Part shown: positions 1 to 11,525 of the stretch, piece by piece
Layout: each line of letters opens with the position of its first letter
Position numbering within the stretch: the first letter of the stretch is position 1
NCBI RefSeq assembly: GCF_009914755.1
Contig: NC_060927.1
Reading direction: 5' to 3' (one strand)
DNA: 64,000 nucleotides
Origin: the human T2T-CHM13v2.0 reference genome, Homo sapiens
Translations under genes and position numbers: made by a program
Notes under the pieces: generated by a model
The model's input: only the letters and a program-made list of their open reading frames with translations
Told to the model about the DNA's origin: nothing
Databases searched by the model: none

Positions 1-347
1 AAGGGAGCCGCTGCCTGGCCCCTAGACCGCACTCATCCTTCCTCGCCAGCCCCTCAATCCCCACCCTTGTCAGACTGGATGGGGAGACCCAGCTGGCAGC
101 ACAGGCCAGTGAAGCCTTACCTGGCCATCAGGAAACTGGACACCAGTTGGCTTCCGGCTTCAGGAACCAGGAGGACCAAGGAAGCCTCCAGGCAACTGTG
201 CCAGCTCTGGGCCTGCACCCGCCTGCCCCTCCCTCCCCTCCCTCATCTACCTTCTGTTAATGGTGGAAAATGGCCCTGCTGCACACCCAAGTAAGCAGAC
301 ATGAGTGGCTGTGCTCACTGCCCAGGCCTGTCACTCGCTATACTGAC

Positions 348-1429
348 CTCCAGCCGCAGCCTGGCCAGGTGCAGGCGAAGGGCTTCTCACCCGTGTGCCG
401 GCGCAGGTGGGCCTTGAGGTGGCTGCTTTTGGTGTACATCTTGCTGCAGCCAGGGAAAGTACATTTGTGCATTTTGATGAGTTCTGCGGCTGGGTTCTTG
501 GGGAACTTCTGGCCCATGAGGAGACCGGCAGGGCCAGGCCCCAGGGGTCCCGATCCAACAGGCTTGGCGGCAATGGGCACAGGGGCAATGCGCACAAACT
601 TGGAGGGCAGGTTCAAGTTGGAGGAGGGTACCACCTGGGGCACGAGTGCGAAGGTCTGCCCCTGGATGTTGACCAGGAGCTGGGCAACCTTGACATTCTC
701 TGGGGCTTGCCCAGGGGAGGCAGGCCCTGTGCCCGATTCCTGCTTCACAGGCACGGGCTGGATCTGCAGCAACACTGGGATGGGGCCATCAGGCGTGGGG
801 CCCCCACCTGGGCCCTGGGCACCTCCTGCACTGGCACCACCTGGTGGAGGGGAACAGCGCTCTCTCCCGCTGGACCCAGGATGGAGGTGGCTCTTGTGTG
901 GCCCAGCTGAGAGCTGGCTGCAGGCATCCAAGTCCTTGCTGTTGCCCTCAGGGACCTCCTTGACTCCAGGCTCCATGTTCTCCTCCAGAAACTCTTCAAT
1001 CTCCTCCAGGGTAGGCTGGAAGGGCCGTGGGACGTCATCAGGATCACCCAAAGGAAACTCGGGCAAGCAGAAATGCTCCCCCTTCACAGGGGCCGCTGCC
1101 CTTCGCCAGGGCCCCCAGGCCACGGGGCCACTGCTGGCCCCAATGCTACTGCCGCTGCCCCCGCCACTGCCCAGCGTGGCCTGGGACAATAGGAAGTCCA
1201 AGATGCTGTCCTGGCTCTCGGTGCCCAGGCCTCCACCATAGCAGGAGCAGAGGGCTTGAGAGTCGGGACTGGAACAGGAGCAGGGGCTGGAGGCATCGCT
1301 GTCATCTTCAGAGACGGGTGAGGGCAGCATGTGATATGCCCGCCGGCCAACCAGCCTATCACCCAGATACCCAACTGGGCATTTTGGCGACGAGAAGTTC
1401 TCGTCCACTGGAAGTAAGTGGTCCACCAT
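348..1429 (-). CDS. KLF15: Krueppel-like factor 15, coding part of exon 2 (codons 1-360 plus 2 nt); the rest of the gene lies left of the window
   Basis: Translation [26 protein letters not shown]... includes the acidic [15 protein letters not shown] segment, C2H2 finger [23 protein letters not shown], linker TGEKPF and the start of finger 2 (CTWPGCGWR). ATG is CAT at 1427-1429; donor TGGAG|GTCAGT with GT at 347-346. Confidence 0.97.
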
Positions 1430-1454
1430 GCTGGCCTGGCCGTGCCGGTGGCGG
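1430..1454 (-). other. KLF15: KLF15 exon 2, 5'UTR portion (25 nt)
   Basis: Minus-strand acceptor TGTGTTCCTTTCCTGCAG (AG at 1456-1455), then 25 nt to the ATG in context gccagcATGG. Confidence 0.9.
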
Positions 1455-1951
1455 CTGCAGGAAAGGAACACAGGAGGCCTGGTCAGAAGGACAGTGCTCA
1501 CCTGCCACCTCGCAGGCCTCTGACCCCACCCTCAGCTGCCTGCCCACAGCCTCCTATTGCCAAACGCCTGGATCCTGCTTCCATCCCCCAGGAGAGCTGT
1601 GCCTGCAAGAGTGTTTTCTGAAATTGCACCACCTGTTTGCAAAAGAGACCTCTCCAAGCCCATTGCATAACCAGGGGCACTTCTGGTTTCAAACAGATTT
1701 TCCAGAATTATCCTGGAAAATAGCACATATGTCTGTGAACAACTGAGTATGGGTGAGTATGAGAGAAGGGCATGCGCGAGGAGGCTCTCTGGACCCCAGG
1801 AGGGCCAAAGCCCTGAATCAGCCCACCGTCAACATCATAGGAGTCACTGTACATCTGAGGACTCCTGACCTCAGCTTCACGCCTGTTGAGTCACAGAATG
1901 GGGGTAGAACAGCCATTTGCCCTCTGACCCTCATGTTGCTGAGGCTTCCAG

Positions 1952-2133
1952 AGGGTTGCCAGATTACGCAAATAAAAATACAAGCCAACAGTTACATTCG
2001 AATTTCAGATTTAAAAAATAAACTATTTTTAATATAAGTATGTTCCCAATATTGGATAGGACACACTTACATTTAAAAATTATTTCACCTGAGATTCAAA
2101 TTTAACTAGGCCGCCTGCATTTTAACTGGGCAA
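1952..2133. mobile_element. MER53-like palindromic non-autonomous DNA transposon in KLF15 intron 1
   Basis: Starts AGGGTTGCCAGAT; internal inverted arms GAATTTCAG / CTGAGATTC and TAAGTATGTTCC / GGACACACTTA around a central CCAATATTGG. Confidence 0.75.
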
Positions 2134-4439
2134 GTGTAGCATGTAGGCAAAACAGTCAAAGACCAAAAAGTGCCTGCCTGCGCAGCTGTTTCCCCACCTA
2201 AAGCTCCTCCACTCTCCAGTCCTCAAACCCCTCTGAGCCTTGACTGCCCTGTGAGTGGCACAGGCTTGAACGCAACCCTCTCACCTGCACCCTGATGCTT
2301 GAGCATCCTGGTGGCCAAGGCCCTGCCCCTCTGGTGATAATCCGTGGAGTGGAAGCAGACCACTGGGGTCCCAGAGCACCCGCATGTGCCTAACTGCCTT
2401 GGACTTCACACCCATCTAGTGGGAAAGGAGACAACCACCCCCCCAGCCCATCCTGACCAATAAGGAAGTGGAGTCCCCTGCACTCTCTGCCATTGCTCTC
2501 TCCATCTGGGACACTCACCGCCTTGCGAAGGTTCAGCTAATGCCTGTCTCCCCCTGAGACAGTGCACTCCATGTCTCTGCTGCGTCCCCAGTGCCTGGAC
2601 TGGCCGCTGGTGCCCAGCAGGGGCTCAGAGAACTTTGATAGAGAGGAGAAGGGAAAGCTGCATCCTCTGAAGCCAAGGACATGCTAGGTCTGGTGCCAAG
2701 GAGAGTCAATAGTGTCCAGCTGTGACGGGGCCACCTCTGTGAACCTTTGTCCCTGCTCAGTGACCAGGGCAGGCTGGGTGTTTATCAAGCTTGGGGAAGG
2801 GGAATGCTCTGCACCAAAGTCAGAGGTTCTCTGCTGCCCAGCATCACCTCTACACCCAGCCCCTCTGTCTCCAGGACCCCTTCAGGGCCTGGCACCCGGC
2901 ACTGCCCAATGGCCAATACCATCATCAGCTACAACCTTGAGCAAGTCCTTGCTCCCCTTCCCAAACCTTAGTTTCCTCATCTGTTCCATGCTTCAAAGAT
3001 CTCTAAGTCTCTTCCTGCTCAGGGACCCCAGGACCTTTAGCCCCAGTTCCCAACTTACCCAGGAAGCTTCACGGAGCTCCAGGAAACTAAGGCAAGGTCT
3101 GTGCCCCAGGCCAGTTTTACTAGGAGGACATTTGGCTTTTTGGTTTAAATACTCAGCTAAGGATTTAAACCTGGAATATGTTTTAAAATGCACCTATTCA
3201 CCAAATCAGGTGCTGGGAAGGAATGAAAGTGCTAGACACTGTGAAGGGCACAAGGCTGGGCAGAGCCCACACTCCACCCTGGGCCTCCCCCAACCCTTTC
3301 CCACCCTCCAAGCAGGGGCTCCATTTCTGAGTCTGCAAGTTGTCTGCCAGGTGACCTCAGGCAGGTGCACAGCCTTTCTGTGTCTGTCTCAGTCTGTGAG
3401 ATGGGGGTGCTTCCAACAGTGCCTGGTTCCTCAGGTGTTGTGAGAATTCCGTGAGCTGACGCTCACTAAGCACCCCCCTCAGGATCTGGCACACCGGCAG
3501 CACTCAGCCAGTGCCAGCCATTGGTGTCAGCCTGCAGGCACGGCAAACGTTCGGCCTCTGCCCCTCTACTGTGATGTTAAGGAATCAGGGGCCTCCAGCC
3601 CTCCTGGGACCCAGAGCAGGCCTTAGAGCCCTCCCCTGAAACGTGATCACTAACTGGCCATCCCATGATATTAAGTAATTACTGTTAATATTTTTAATTG
3701 TGATGATCATATTGTGGTTAAAGGAGGCCTTACCTTTTAAACATATAAACAGATATTGACAGATAAAGTGATCTAAAAAGTACAGTAGGGGGGCTGGAAG
3801 GAAACACCCTCCAATGGCTTCCCAAGGACAGGTGGCCCTATCTCCTCGCAGCAGCCCAGCACCTGGGCCCTTGGGACTCTCTGCAGACCTCACCACCAAC
3901 TGCCTCTCTTCTAGTCCAGGTGTGCTCACTTCACTTCAGCCTCAGCCCGGGGCCACTGCCCTGGCTCTTCCCCCAGCACTGCAGGTGGGAGCTGCTTAGT
4001 TAGATCTCGGCTCAGAAGTCACCCCTGTGGGGGCCTCCAGGCCCACTCTGTTACATCATCCTATATTATACTCTTCCCTGCAGTTTCTACTGTGGGAAAC
4101 TATCTTGGTGATGTGTTTGTGAACTTTCCTCCCTGTCTACCTTCCCATCAGAATATCAGCTGTCCTGACTGTTCACTCCAAGGCCATATCCCAGAGTCTA
4201 AAACAGGACCGGGCAAAATTTGCTGAATGAGTGAATGGAAGGTGCGGGGGAGAGCGGGGGAGGTCGGAGAGTAGGAATGGGTGGCCCAGGTCAGCCAACA
4301 GGGTCTTAATGCTGGGCTGAACGTCCCAAGGGGGAAGCACCCAGGCACTGACAACCCAGAAAGGGCTCTGGGATGTCCCAGGGCACCGGCATTAAAGAGA
4401 GGACACTCTAGGGCTGGAGCTGGCTCGGCCCCTGAAACA

Positions 4440-4620
4440 CAGCAGCACGTGGGGCGGCCAGAGGCGCAGGCTGCGTGCAGGGGGAGGGGACACGCTGTTC
4501 CGGGCACAGTCCCCGGCTGGCCGCCGGACTCCGCCCCCTCCCCTGGCCCGGCCAGGCCTGCTGTTTATCCTCCCGGGGACACAGCGGCTGCAGGAACAAC
4601 ATGTAATTGATAACAAGCCC
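4440..4620. promoter_or_regulatory. KLF15 intron 1 candidate enhancer: E-box (4446-4451), GRE-like GGGACAcgcTGTTCC (4487-4501), forkhead TGTTTAT (4562-4568), GRE-like GGAACAacaTGTAAT (4593-4607), GATA TGATAA (4608-4613)
   Basis: Two ACAnnnTGT palindromes with the correct 3-nt spacer; KLF15 is an established glucocorticoid-receptor target gene. Confidence 0.65.
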
Positions 4621-5743
4621 AGCGCCGGCCAAGGGCTTGCCATTGGGTCAGCGTGCAAATCACGGGGGTGGCGGCGGGGGCTGTCCTTCAAAATAAGAGT
4701 CTCCGGTCCCTGAGCCGCCCGCAGGCCCCAAAGTCGCAGAGTCCGGGCGTCCTCACACCTGTAGGGCGGCAGGGTCTCCCCAGGGGCCACCTGGTCCGGG
4801 GGGACAGGGGGAAGGAGATTTGAGGCTCTCAAACAATTGTTGATTTTGTCACCTCCGAGGGCCGTGGGAGAAAACAGCCCCTCTGTGCCCTCCGTGAGAG
4901 GGGGGTTCCATGAGTAACACCAAGGCGGGGAGGGAAGAGTGAACCGGACCACCATATGGGATGGGGACGGCCTCTCTGCCCCGCCGCCGCCATCCCTCGG
5001 TCAGGCCATGGCTTTGGTAATGTTCGGTCTGAGCGGACGGGGACTCAGCGTGGAGTGAGACGCGTGAACGGTGCGGGTGTGCGTGAAGGGGTGTGAGTTC
5101 CTGTCGTGTGACTGCGTGTGCGGGGCGTGGTGCGCGGCAGCCGCTGTGGCTGTGCGGGAGGCTGTCCGCGAAGGACTCGCGCGTGGAGCCGCCGTGGGTG
5201 CCGGCGGGTGAGGGGAAACGTGCGTGGGAAATGAAGAGAGCCGGCTCAGACCCCTTCTAGAGTCCTGGACCGCTGCCCGCTGGGCACCATGCCCTCGTCC
5301 CACGCCCCCCCCTTGCCCCCGACACTGCTGCGGTGACCGACAGTAACCCCTCCGTCTCCAGCCCCTCCGCCCCCCAACCCCGGGCTGGCCAGCGCGTCCG
5401 CTCTCCCCCTCCTCTCACCAGGCCGCGCCGGTGCCCACCATATGGGAGGGCCGGCCCGCAAGGCGCGCCACGGAATCGCCCGGCCAGGCACCGAGGCGGC
5501 GGCGCGGGCCTCAGCAAAGTGCTGGTGGGCGACCGGGGCGGGGGGGGTCACCTCCCCCGGGCCAGTCCGACCCCTGCCCACCTCCGCGGGGGCCCATCCC
5601 GCTCCTCCGACATTCCTCCAGCACTCGCGCGGTGCCTCCGAGAGCTGCGCGGGAGCACGGCCACGCGCCCCGAGGCCGGCCAGCCCTCTGATCACCCGGG
5701 GCCGCGTCCACGCGGCCGGCCGGCCCCGCCGCGCCTCTCCCAC

Positions 5744-5915
5744 CTGAACTTGGCGCACGCCGGACCGGCGGCCAGGCCCCGGCGGTCCTGCGGCCGGGCG
5801 GGCTGGGCTGGGGGCGGCGGCTAGACTCTCGGTCCGGCGGCGGCCGGGGGCCGAGCCGCGGGTCCTGCGCTGGCTCGATCGCCCGCCGGCCCGCGGGTCG
5901 CTGCGGCGGAGCACT
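5744..5915 (-). other. KLF15: KLF15 non-coding exon 1 (5' end approximate)
   Basis: Minus-strand donor CAAGTTCAG|GTGGGA (GT at 5743-5742) inside the CpG island; no ATG in the exon; promoter motifs immediately upstream. Confidence 0.75.
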
Positions 5916-5949
5916 AGCCCGCCCGCAGCTCGCTGGGCACTCACTCCCC

Positions 5950-6090
5950 GCCGCTCACGTGACGCAGCGGGCGCCGCGAAGGCTCGCAGGAGGCTCGGCC
6001 CCGGGCGCGCGCCCCATTGGCCCGCGCTGCGCGTCACACGTCCCGCCCCGCCCTGGCCCCGCCCTGGCCCCGCCCCGGCCCGCCCGCGCG
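5950..6090 (-). promoter_or_regulatory. KLF15 proximal promoter: E-box TCACGTGAC (5955-5963) overlapping CRE-like TGACGCA, CCAAT box (6016-6020), TGACGC half-site (6031-6036), tandem GC boxes (6042-6090)
   Basis: Motifs read directly from the sequence; typical TATA-less CpG promoter layout upstream of exon 1. Confidence 0.7.
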
Positions 6091-8179
6091 GCTCCCGGAC
6101 TTGAGCGGCGGATGCTCGGGGATCCCGGAGCTGCCAGACGCGCACGCCCCCCAACACGCTGCCTGGTCCCTGGCCCGCAGCCACCTCCTTGCTTCCCACC
6201 TCTCGCCGCTGTCTCGCGGCGTCCACGAGGGCCGGCTTCTAAAGCTCGGTTCCCAAGGTGAGAACGTGAGACTGGCCTGAAGACTTAAGAAAAGCTCTGA
6301 GATCGCCCCAAAGTGCAGTCTGCGTGATTGAGCGGGAAGCGCTGGGGAGCCTGTCTGGCCCGGTCTGGCCCACGTCCCCACCTTCATCCCCAGCGCGGTA
6401 CAAGCAGCTCTGTCCCCCGCTGAGTGTCAGATAAATCACTTGCCTAGAAGGACGTATTTTTGGATAAATACGGTATTGGGCTTTCAGCAGGACAATCAGT
6501 TACCCTCCGGAAATTGCGCGCGCTCTGCGCTGCCACCCTGCCCTCCAGGACTAAGGAGGTTTGCTGACCGGCCCCCCCCCCCCCCCACCTGAAACCAATG
6601 ACACCTTGTCTCTGGGGCACCTTTCTGAAGACCAAACAATGCTTCGCAGTCTACAAAAGCGTTCGTAGACTGCTTTAGTCCGCAGCAATCCTGGCTCGCA
6701 TTTGGGTTCCCGCTTAGAGACAGGAAGAGTAAGGCTCAGAGTGGCTTGCCCAAGAAAAACACGTGGGCTGACGGTGCTAGGCACCCTGCTGTGCCCTTTA
6801 ATCCACACTCCAGCTGGATCCTCAGCCAAGCACTTTACAGATGAAGAAACCGACTCAGAGAGGGCACCAGCCCTCCCCAGCCCCACAGCTGGGAAGGAGC
6901 AGGTAGAGAGGTAGAGCCAGGTCATCTTGCAGACACCCCCAGGCCACCTGTGCAGAGCTGTCCTACTGAGCTTCCTTCCTCTCCCCTCCTGGCACTGGGA
7001 GGTGGGGAGCATTTTCTCCTGCTTCTTCTTGAAGACATTGCTAGAACAGGAATTTTTAACCATACCCTTTCCAGGCTCTCTGGAATGCTATAGGTCTAGG
7101 CTTGCTTGACCAGGGATCTGGGGACACTGTGCACCAGGTCAGTGCCAGGGATTCAGCTGCTGCTGCCACTAGGAGCCAAACCAATGCGTTGCCAGAGGGC
7201 TTTAAGGACATTTGTGTTGAGGATGGTGAGAGGCTTTCTAGTTCACAGAAGTTGGAATGACCACTCTGGCATTACAGCAGCCCTGGCTAGCCTGGGCAGA
7301 ACAGTGGAATTTGTCCATTTTCATAAGAGAAGAGATAGAGGCCTGTATTCCTCATTTTGTCTCAGTGCAGGTCTGGATTGGGCATAGCCACAGCACTTCT
7401 CCATCTGCCCTGCCCGCCCTCGGTCTTCACTCCTCACATACTCTCAGTCTAGTGCCTCCCATCTCCTTGGTGAAAGCTGCAGCAAAAGGTCAGAAAAAGC
7501 TTGGAAGCAAAGACACATCGTTAGCACCTTCAGCACACAGGGAGGAGGCCCCACTGGCTAGAAACTGGAGAACAGCCAAGATGGTCCTGTTAAAACCTGA
7601 GTCAGATCAGGTCCCTTCTGGGTTCAGAAGCTTCCAGCAGCTCCCAACTCACTCAGAGTAAGTAAAGCCCAAGTTTTCACCACAATCTTTAATGCCCTAC
7701 AGCTAGGTACAGCATTTACCCCAAACCATATCTAAGGAGAAAAGCTCCCTCAATATAGTGGGGAGAATCTATCATTGAGATTCCTTGGCAGAAAGGAGAG
7801 AACAAAGTCAGGTGGTGCTCTTCAAAACAGATGACCAAAAACAGTAAAGATTTATCTTCATAGCAGTGAAAATCTCTAAGTTTCTTTTCTTCCAAAGCAA
7901 TTCCTTCCCTACTTCTACATAATCAAGTATAGAAAAGGGCCTTGGAAGGATATAAATTATATTGGTTAAATATTGTATGACCTTGCCTATAAAACCATTT
8001 GGGCCTGGTGCCTTTTTGGAGTGATCTTTCTCCATGCTTGAATTTCACACATTTTACCAGGATATGTCTGACTCTAGCCTCCTTCTGTTTTCATTGTTAC
8101 TACTCTATGCTTGGTGTATCCTTTTAATCTGGAAACTCAAGTCTTTCTTCGTTCAGGGAAACGTTCTTCTATTGTCTCT

Positions 8180-8480
8180 TGTTTCCCCCTAAACAGCTGC
8201 ATGGATTGCTCCATCGCATACTCAGGTCTCTGCTCAGATGCCACCTTATCCCAGACACCTTCCTCACCCATCCCGTCTAAAACAGCACATCTGCTGCCCT
8301 CAGTTTCCTGGCCTCTGTTTATTTTGCTTCATGATCCTGATCTTTATATTATTTATTGATTTGTTTCTTGCCTGTCTCTCCTATCAGGAGACAAGCTCCT
8401 TAAGAGCATGGACTTGTATTTTTTTATTCACTGCTGTATCCCCAGAACCTAGAACACTTCTGAAACATGTTGAGGAAATG
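8180..8480. mobile_element. Ancient L2 fragment
   Basis: L2 3'-end-like text (...ttcactgctgtatccccagaacctagaaca). Confidence 0.5.
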
Positions 8481-9574
8481 AGATTTTCTTCTTGCCCCAG
8501 TAAAGCTGCCAATGGATATGGGATCTTTGGAGAAGCTCTTCAAGGTCTGGTGCTCTCTTCCACAGTACTGTAGCCACCAATCTTGTCCTCATCCCCTGTT
8601 CCACACACATACCTGAGACTTCCAGCCTCCCCACTAGCTCATGCCTGCCCGGGGGTCTGAGCCCAGCCTGCCCTCTTCCAGGAAGCATTTTGAGGGCCCC
8701 ATTCAGTGGCTCAATGGTCTGTGCACAAAGGGCCCACTGTGGCCATCAAGCCCTGTGACCTCCCACAGTGACTGACTTCTCCTCACCCTTCCCAGGTGGG
8801 AAGCAACAATTCCCCCTACTCTCAGCTCCCCTGTCCCCAGCCATGCTTCAAGGGTCTCTGGCCAGAGTCCCTTACCTTCTCACCACCTCTTCCTCTAAGG
8901 GCTGGGGTGCTGAAGAGATCCTACCCATTCTGGGCTCAGGAAGTGGTTTTGAGCTGGAGGCTAGGGAATAGGCAGGCAGAAGGGCTGCTGGTGCCCAGGG
9001 GCCAGGAAAAACATGCTGCAGGAGGTTCCTCAGGCTGGGCTGGACCGTTTCCCCACCAAGCAGACCCCTGGTGCTGTGTAGACAAGAGGTCAGGTCTGTT
9101 CTGACACCAGGCGACTCAGATGAGGGCCCACTCCTCTCTCATGACCAGTGTTGTCCCCACCCCCAGCCCCCCAGCCCTGAGCACACCTAGCTTTGAGGAA
9201 CATCAGCCCAGGGACCTGGGGACCTGGTGGTCCAAGAAGACACAGAGAAGGGCTGAGTCCTGAGAGCCTCTGCCCTGAGAGCCTCTGCCCCTGGCTCTGA
9301 GCATTGGCAAAGCCCCAGGTATACCCCTGCCCGGAGGATCCAGAAGCAGCAGGGGCTGAGGTGGGATGAGAGCTCCAGCTTCCCCTGGTCCATGGACACA
9401 TCAGTGTGGTGCTGGGGTCAGAGGGCTCCTCAGCTTCCCCTCATCCCCGTCTCTGCCATGAGTTGTGGTCTCTCTGACACCTGACAGATTTCCAGGCAGG
9501 CAGGCAGCCTGAACCCCAGCCTAGTGGGGCTGTACATGCGTGGCAGCCTGGACTCTGGTTCTTTCACACAGTCC

Positions 9575-9725
9575 CTCACTGCTGAGTGGCCTTGGGCAAA
9601 TCAGTTTGTCTCTCAGAGCCTCAGTTTCCTCATCTATAAAATGGGTGCTCAGACCCCTATCCTACTTACCTCAAAAGGTTGTTTGAAGATAACCAAAGTA
9701 AGAGATGGGAAAAGGCATTGGAAAG
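9575..9725. mobile_element. MIR SINE fragment
   Basis: Core motif gcctcagtttcctcatctataaaatggg. Confidence 0.7.
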
Positions 9726-10342
9726 TACAGAGATTCATTACAGGCTGTTACCATTCCTTCTGATATGTATTCACTGCTCCTGGACAGCCGTCCTGCCAGT
9801 GCCGAGCATTGCTGCGGAGATGAGATGCCACTCACACTGCCAGGGCCTCCTGAGATCCCAGTGCAGTGTAGGGGGCCCAGCAGGATGACGGTGGTGCAGG
9901 TGATAAGGACGAGTGTGAAGGGGGCTATGGACGCCACCCTGGGGAGACGCACTGGGAGCAGCAAGGAGCAGCACCAAGGAGCAGGAAGAGACCACAGAGC
10001 AGGGCAGGTTAGCTCTAGGGAATGGGAGTGGCCGCCACTCCAGGCTCTCTCATGGAAGGGTGTACCAAGCCCGGCAAAAGCTAGAAGCCAGGGAAACAGT
10101 GGCCACCTTGTCAATAGGATGAAAGCCATGGGATTCTCTGTCCCCTGTTGGTTCAATTTCAAGCCTCCCAGACTGGTGTTCAGGCCATTCATTTAAGTAA
10201 TTCTTTTAAAAATAACACCTGCACACATTTTTAAAGTTCAAGCACTACAGAAAGGCATGAAACAAAAAGTAAAAATTCTACTCAGCGCCAGTGCCACCTA
10301 CCAGTTCTGTTTGTTGTTGTTGTTGTTCTAAATAATGTTCTG

Positions 10343-10630
10343 GGCTGGGGACCGTGACTCACGCCTATAATCCTAGGACTTTGGGAGGTCGAGGCGGGCG
10401 GATTGCTTGAGTCCAGGAGTTCCAGACCAGTCTAGACAACAGGGCAGTTTCGCCTGTCTCTACAAATATACAAAAATTAGCCAGGCATGGTGGTGTGTGC
10501 CTGTAGTTAGTCCCAGCTACTTGGGAGGCTGAGGTGGGAAAATTGCTTGAGCCTAGGAGGTGGAGGCTGCAGTGAGCCAAGATTGCACACTGCGCTCTAG
10601 CCTGGGCAACAGAACAAGACCCTGTCTCAA

Positions 10631-10677
<47 letters not shown>

Positions 10678-10680
10678 AAA
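10343..10680 (+). mobile_element. Older Alu (J/S-type) with (TAAA)n tail
   Basis: Dimeric Alu with A-rich linker; tail at 10629-10680 is a TAAA microsatellite. Confidence 0.93.
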
Positions 10681-11525
10681 TATGCCTGTGTCTTTTGTGT
10701 CTGTACAACAAGTGTATGGCCCCACCCTGCCTGCCAAATAGTGTCTGTGCCCCCAGAGGCATGGCTGCATAGACTGTGAATAGGTAGCTTTGGTCTCTGA
10801 ATGAGTTTGGCCCGTGGGAGGCACTGACAAGCTACTGGAGTGTGGGCAGGATGTGAGGTTCAATGTGTTCCACTGCCTGGCCCCCCCATGTGTCACCATT
10901 ACTGGCTGTGTCCCTCTACCCATGGCCATGGCTCTATCAGGCAGCCTCTCCTAGAGATCTCTCCAGGTTTAGGTAACCCTTCCCCAAACCCTTAAGTCCC
11001 TTAACCCCTCACCCTGCCCATGTGTCTGTAAATCTCTCCTGCATTCAAGTCCCCTTGATCGCCCTGTGGCAGTGTCCATGTGCCCTGCTGGGACTGGACC
11101 AGCATGCATTAGCATTGCTGCTATTCAGTCTCTTTGTCATACTTCAAGATGCAAATCACCTTTCTTTTCTAATTTGAACTGGTGTTTTCTAAACCTTTTG
11201 AAAATCCGCCCTCAGATTTCCTTTCATAATACCACTATTTTTATGGTTATAATTGATTATGATTATGATTGAGTTTCCTTCTTATTTTATTTGGAGTACA
11301 TCATCAAGTAAGTTTTTTCAGTAAAGGTGCTTGGAAGATAACCTTTCTGAGACTTACCATGTCTAAAAACATCTTTAATTTGCTGTCACACTTTATTGAT
11401 AGTTATGGAATTCTAGATTCAAAATGATTTCTGCTCAGAACTTGAAGGTATTGCTCCACTGTCATCTGGCATCCAGTGTTGCTATGAGATGTTTGATACC
11501 AACTGGAATTTTATTCCTTTGTAGG

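Larger units (their letters stand above)
4430..6560. promoter_or_regulatory. CpG island spanning the KLF15 promoter, exon 1 and proximal intron 1
   Basis: Very high GC and CpG density, densest at 5000-6250. Confidence 0.92.

Noticed and set aside
270-1241. 323-aa plus-strand ORF and other ORFs overlapping KLF15 exon 2
   Set aside because: Antisense or off-frame shadows of a GC-rich coding exon; no recognisable domain.
338-1501. 387-aa ORF taken as a complete protein
   Set aside because: The N-terminal extension (non-ATG start, crosses the acceptor) and the final SV-stop are intronic; the true CDS part is 348-1429.
2320-2338. CTCF-like TCACCAGAGGGGCAG on the minus strand
   Set aside because: An extra G breaks the core spacing; too weak to call.
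5001-6387. Long Arg/Gly/Pro/Ala-rich ORFs (up to 326 aa) in the KLF15 CpG island
   Set aside because: Stop-codon scarcity in very GC-rich DNA; low-complexity translations in all frames.
9259-9292. 15-bp tandem duplication CTGAGAGCCTCTGCC; similar AATTAGGGCTTTCA pair at 56063-56095
   Set aside because: Ordinary short slippage duplications with no functional cue.
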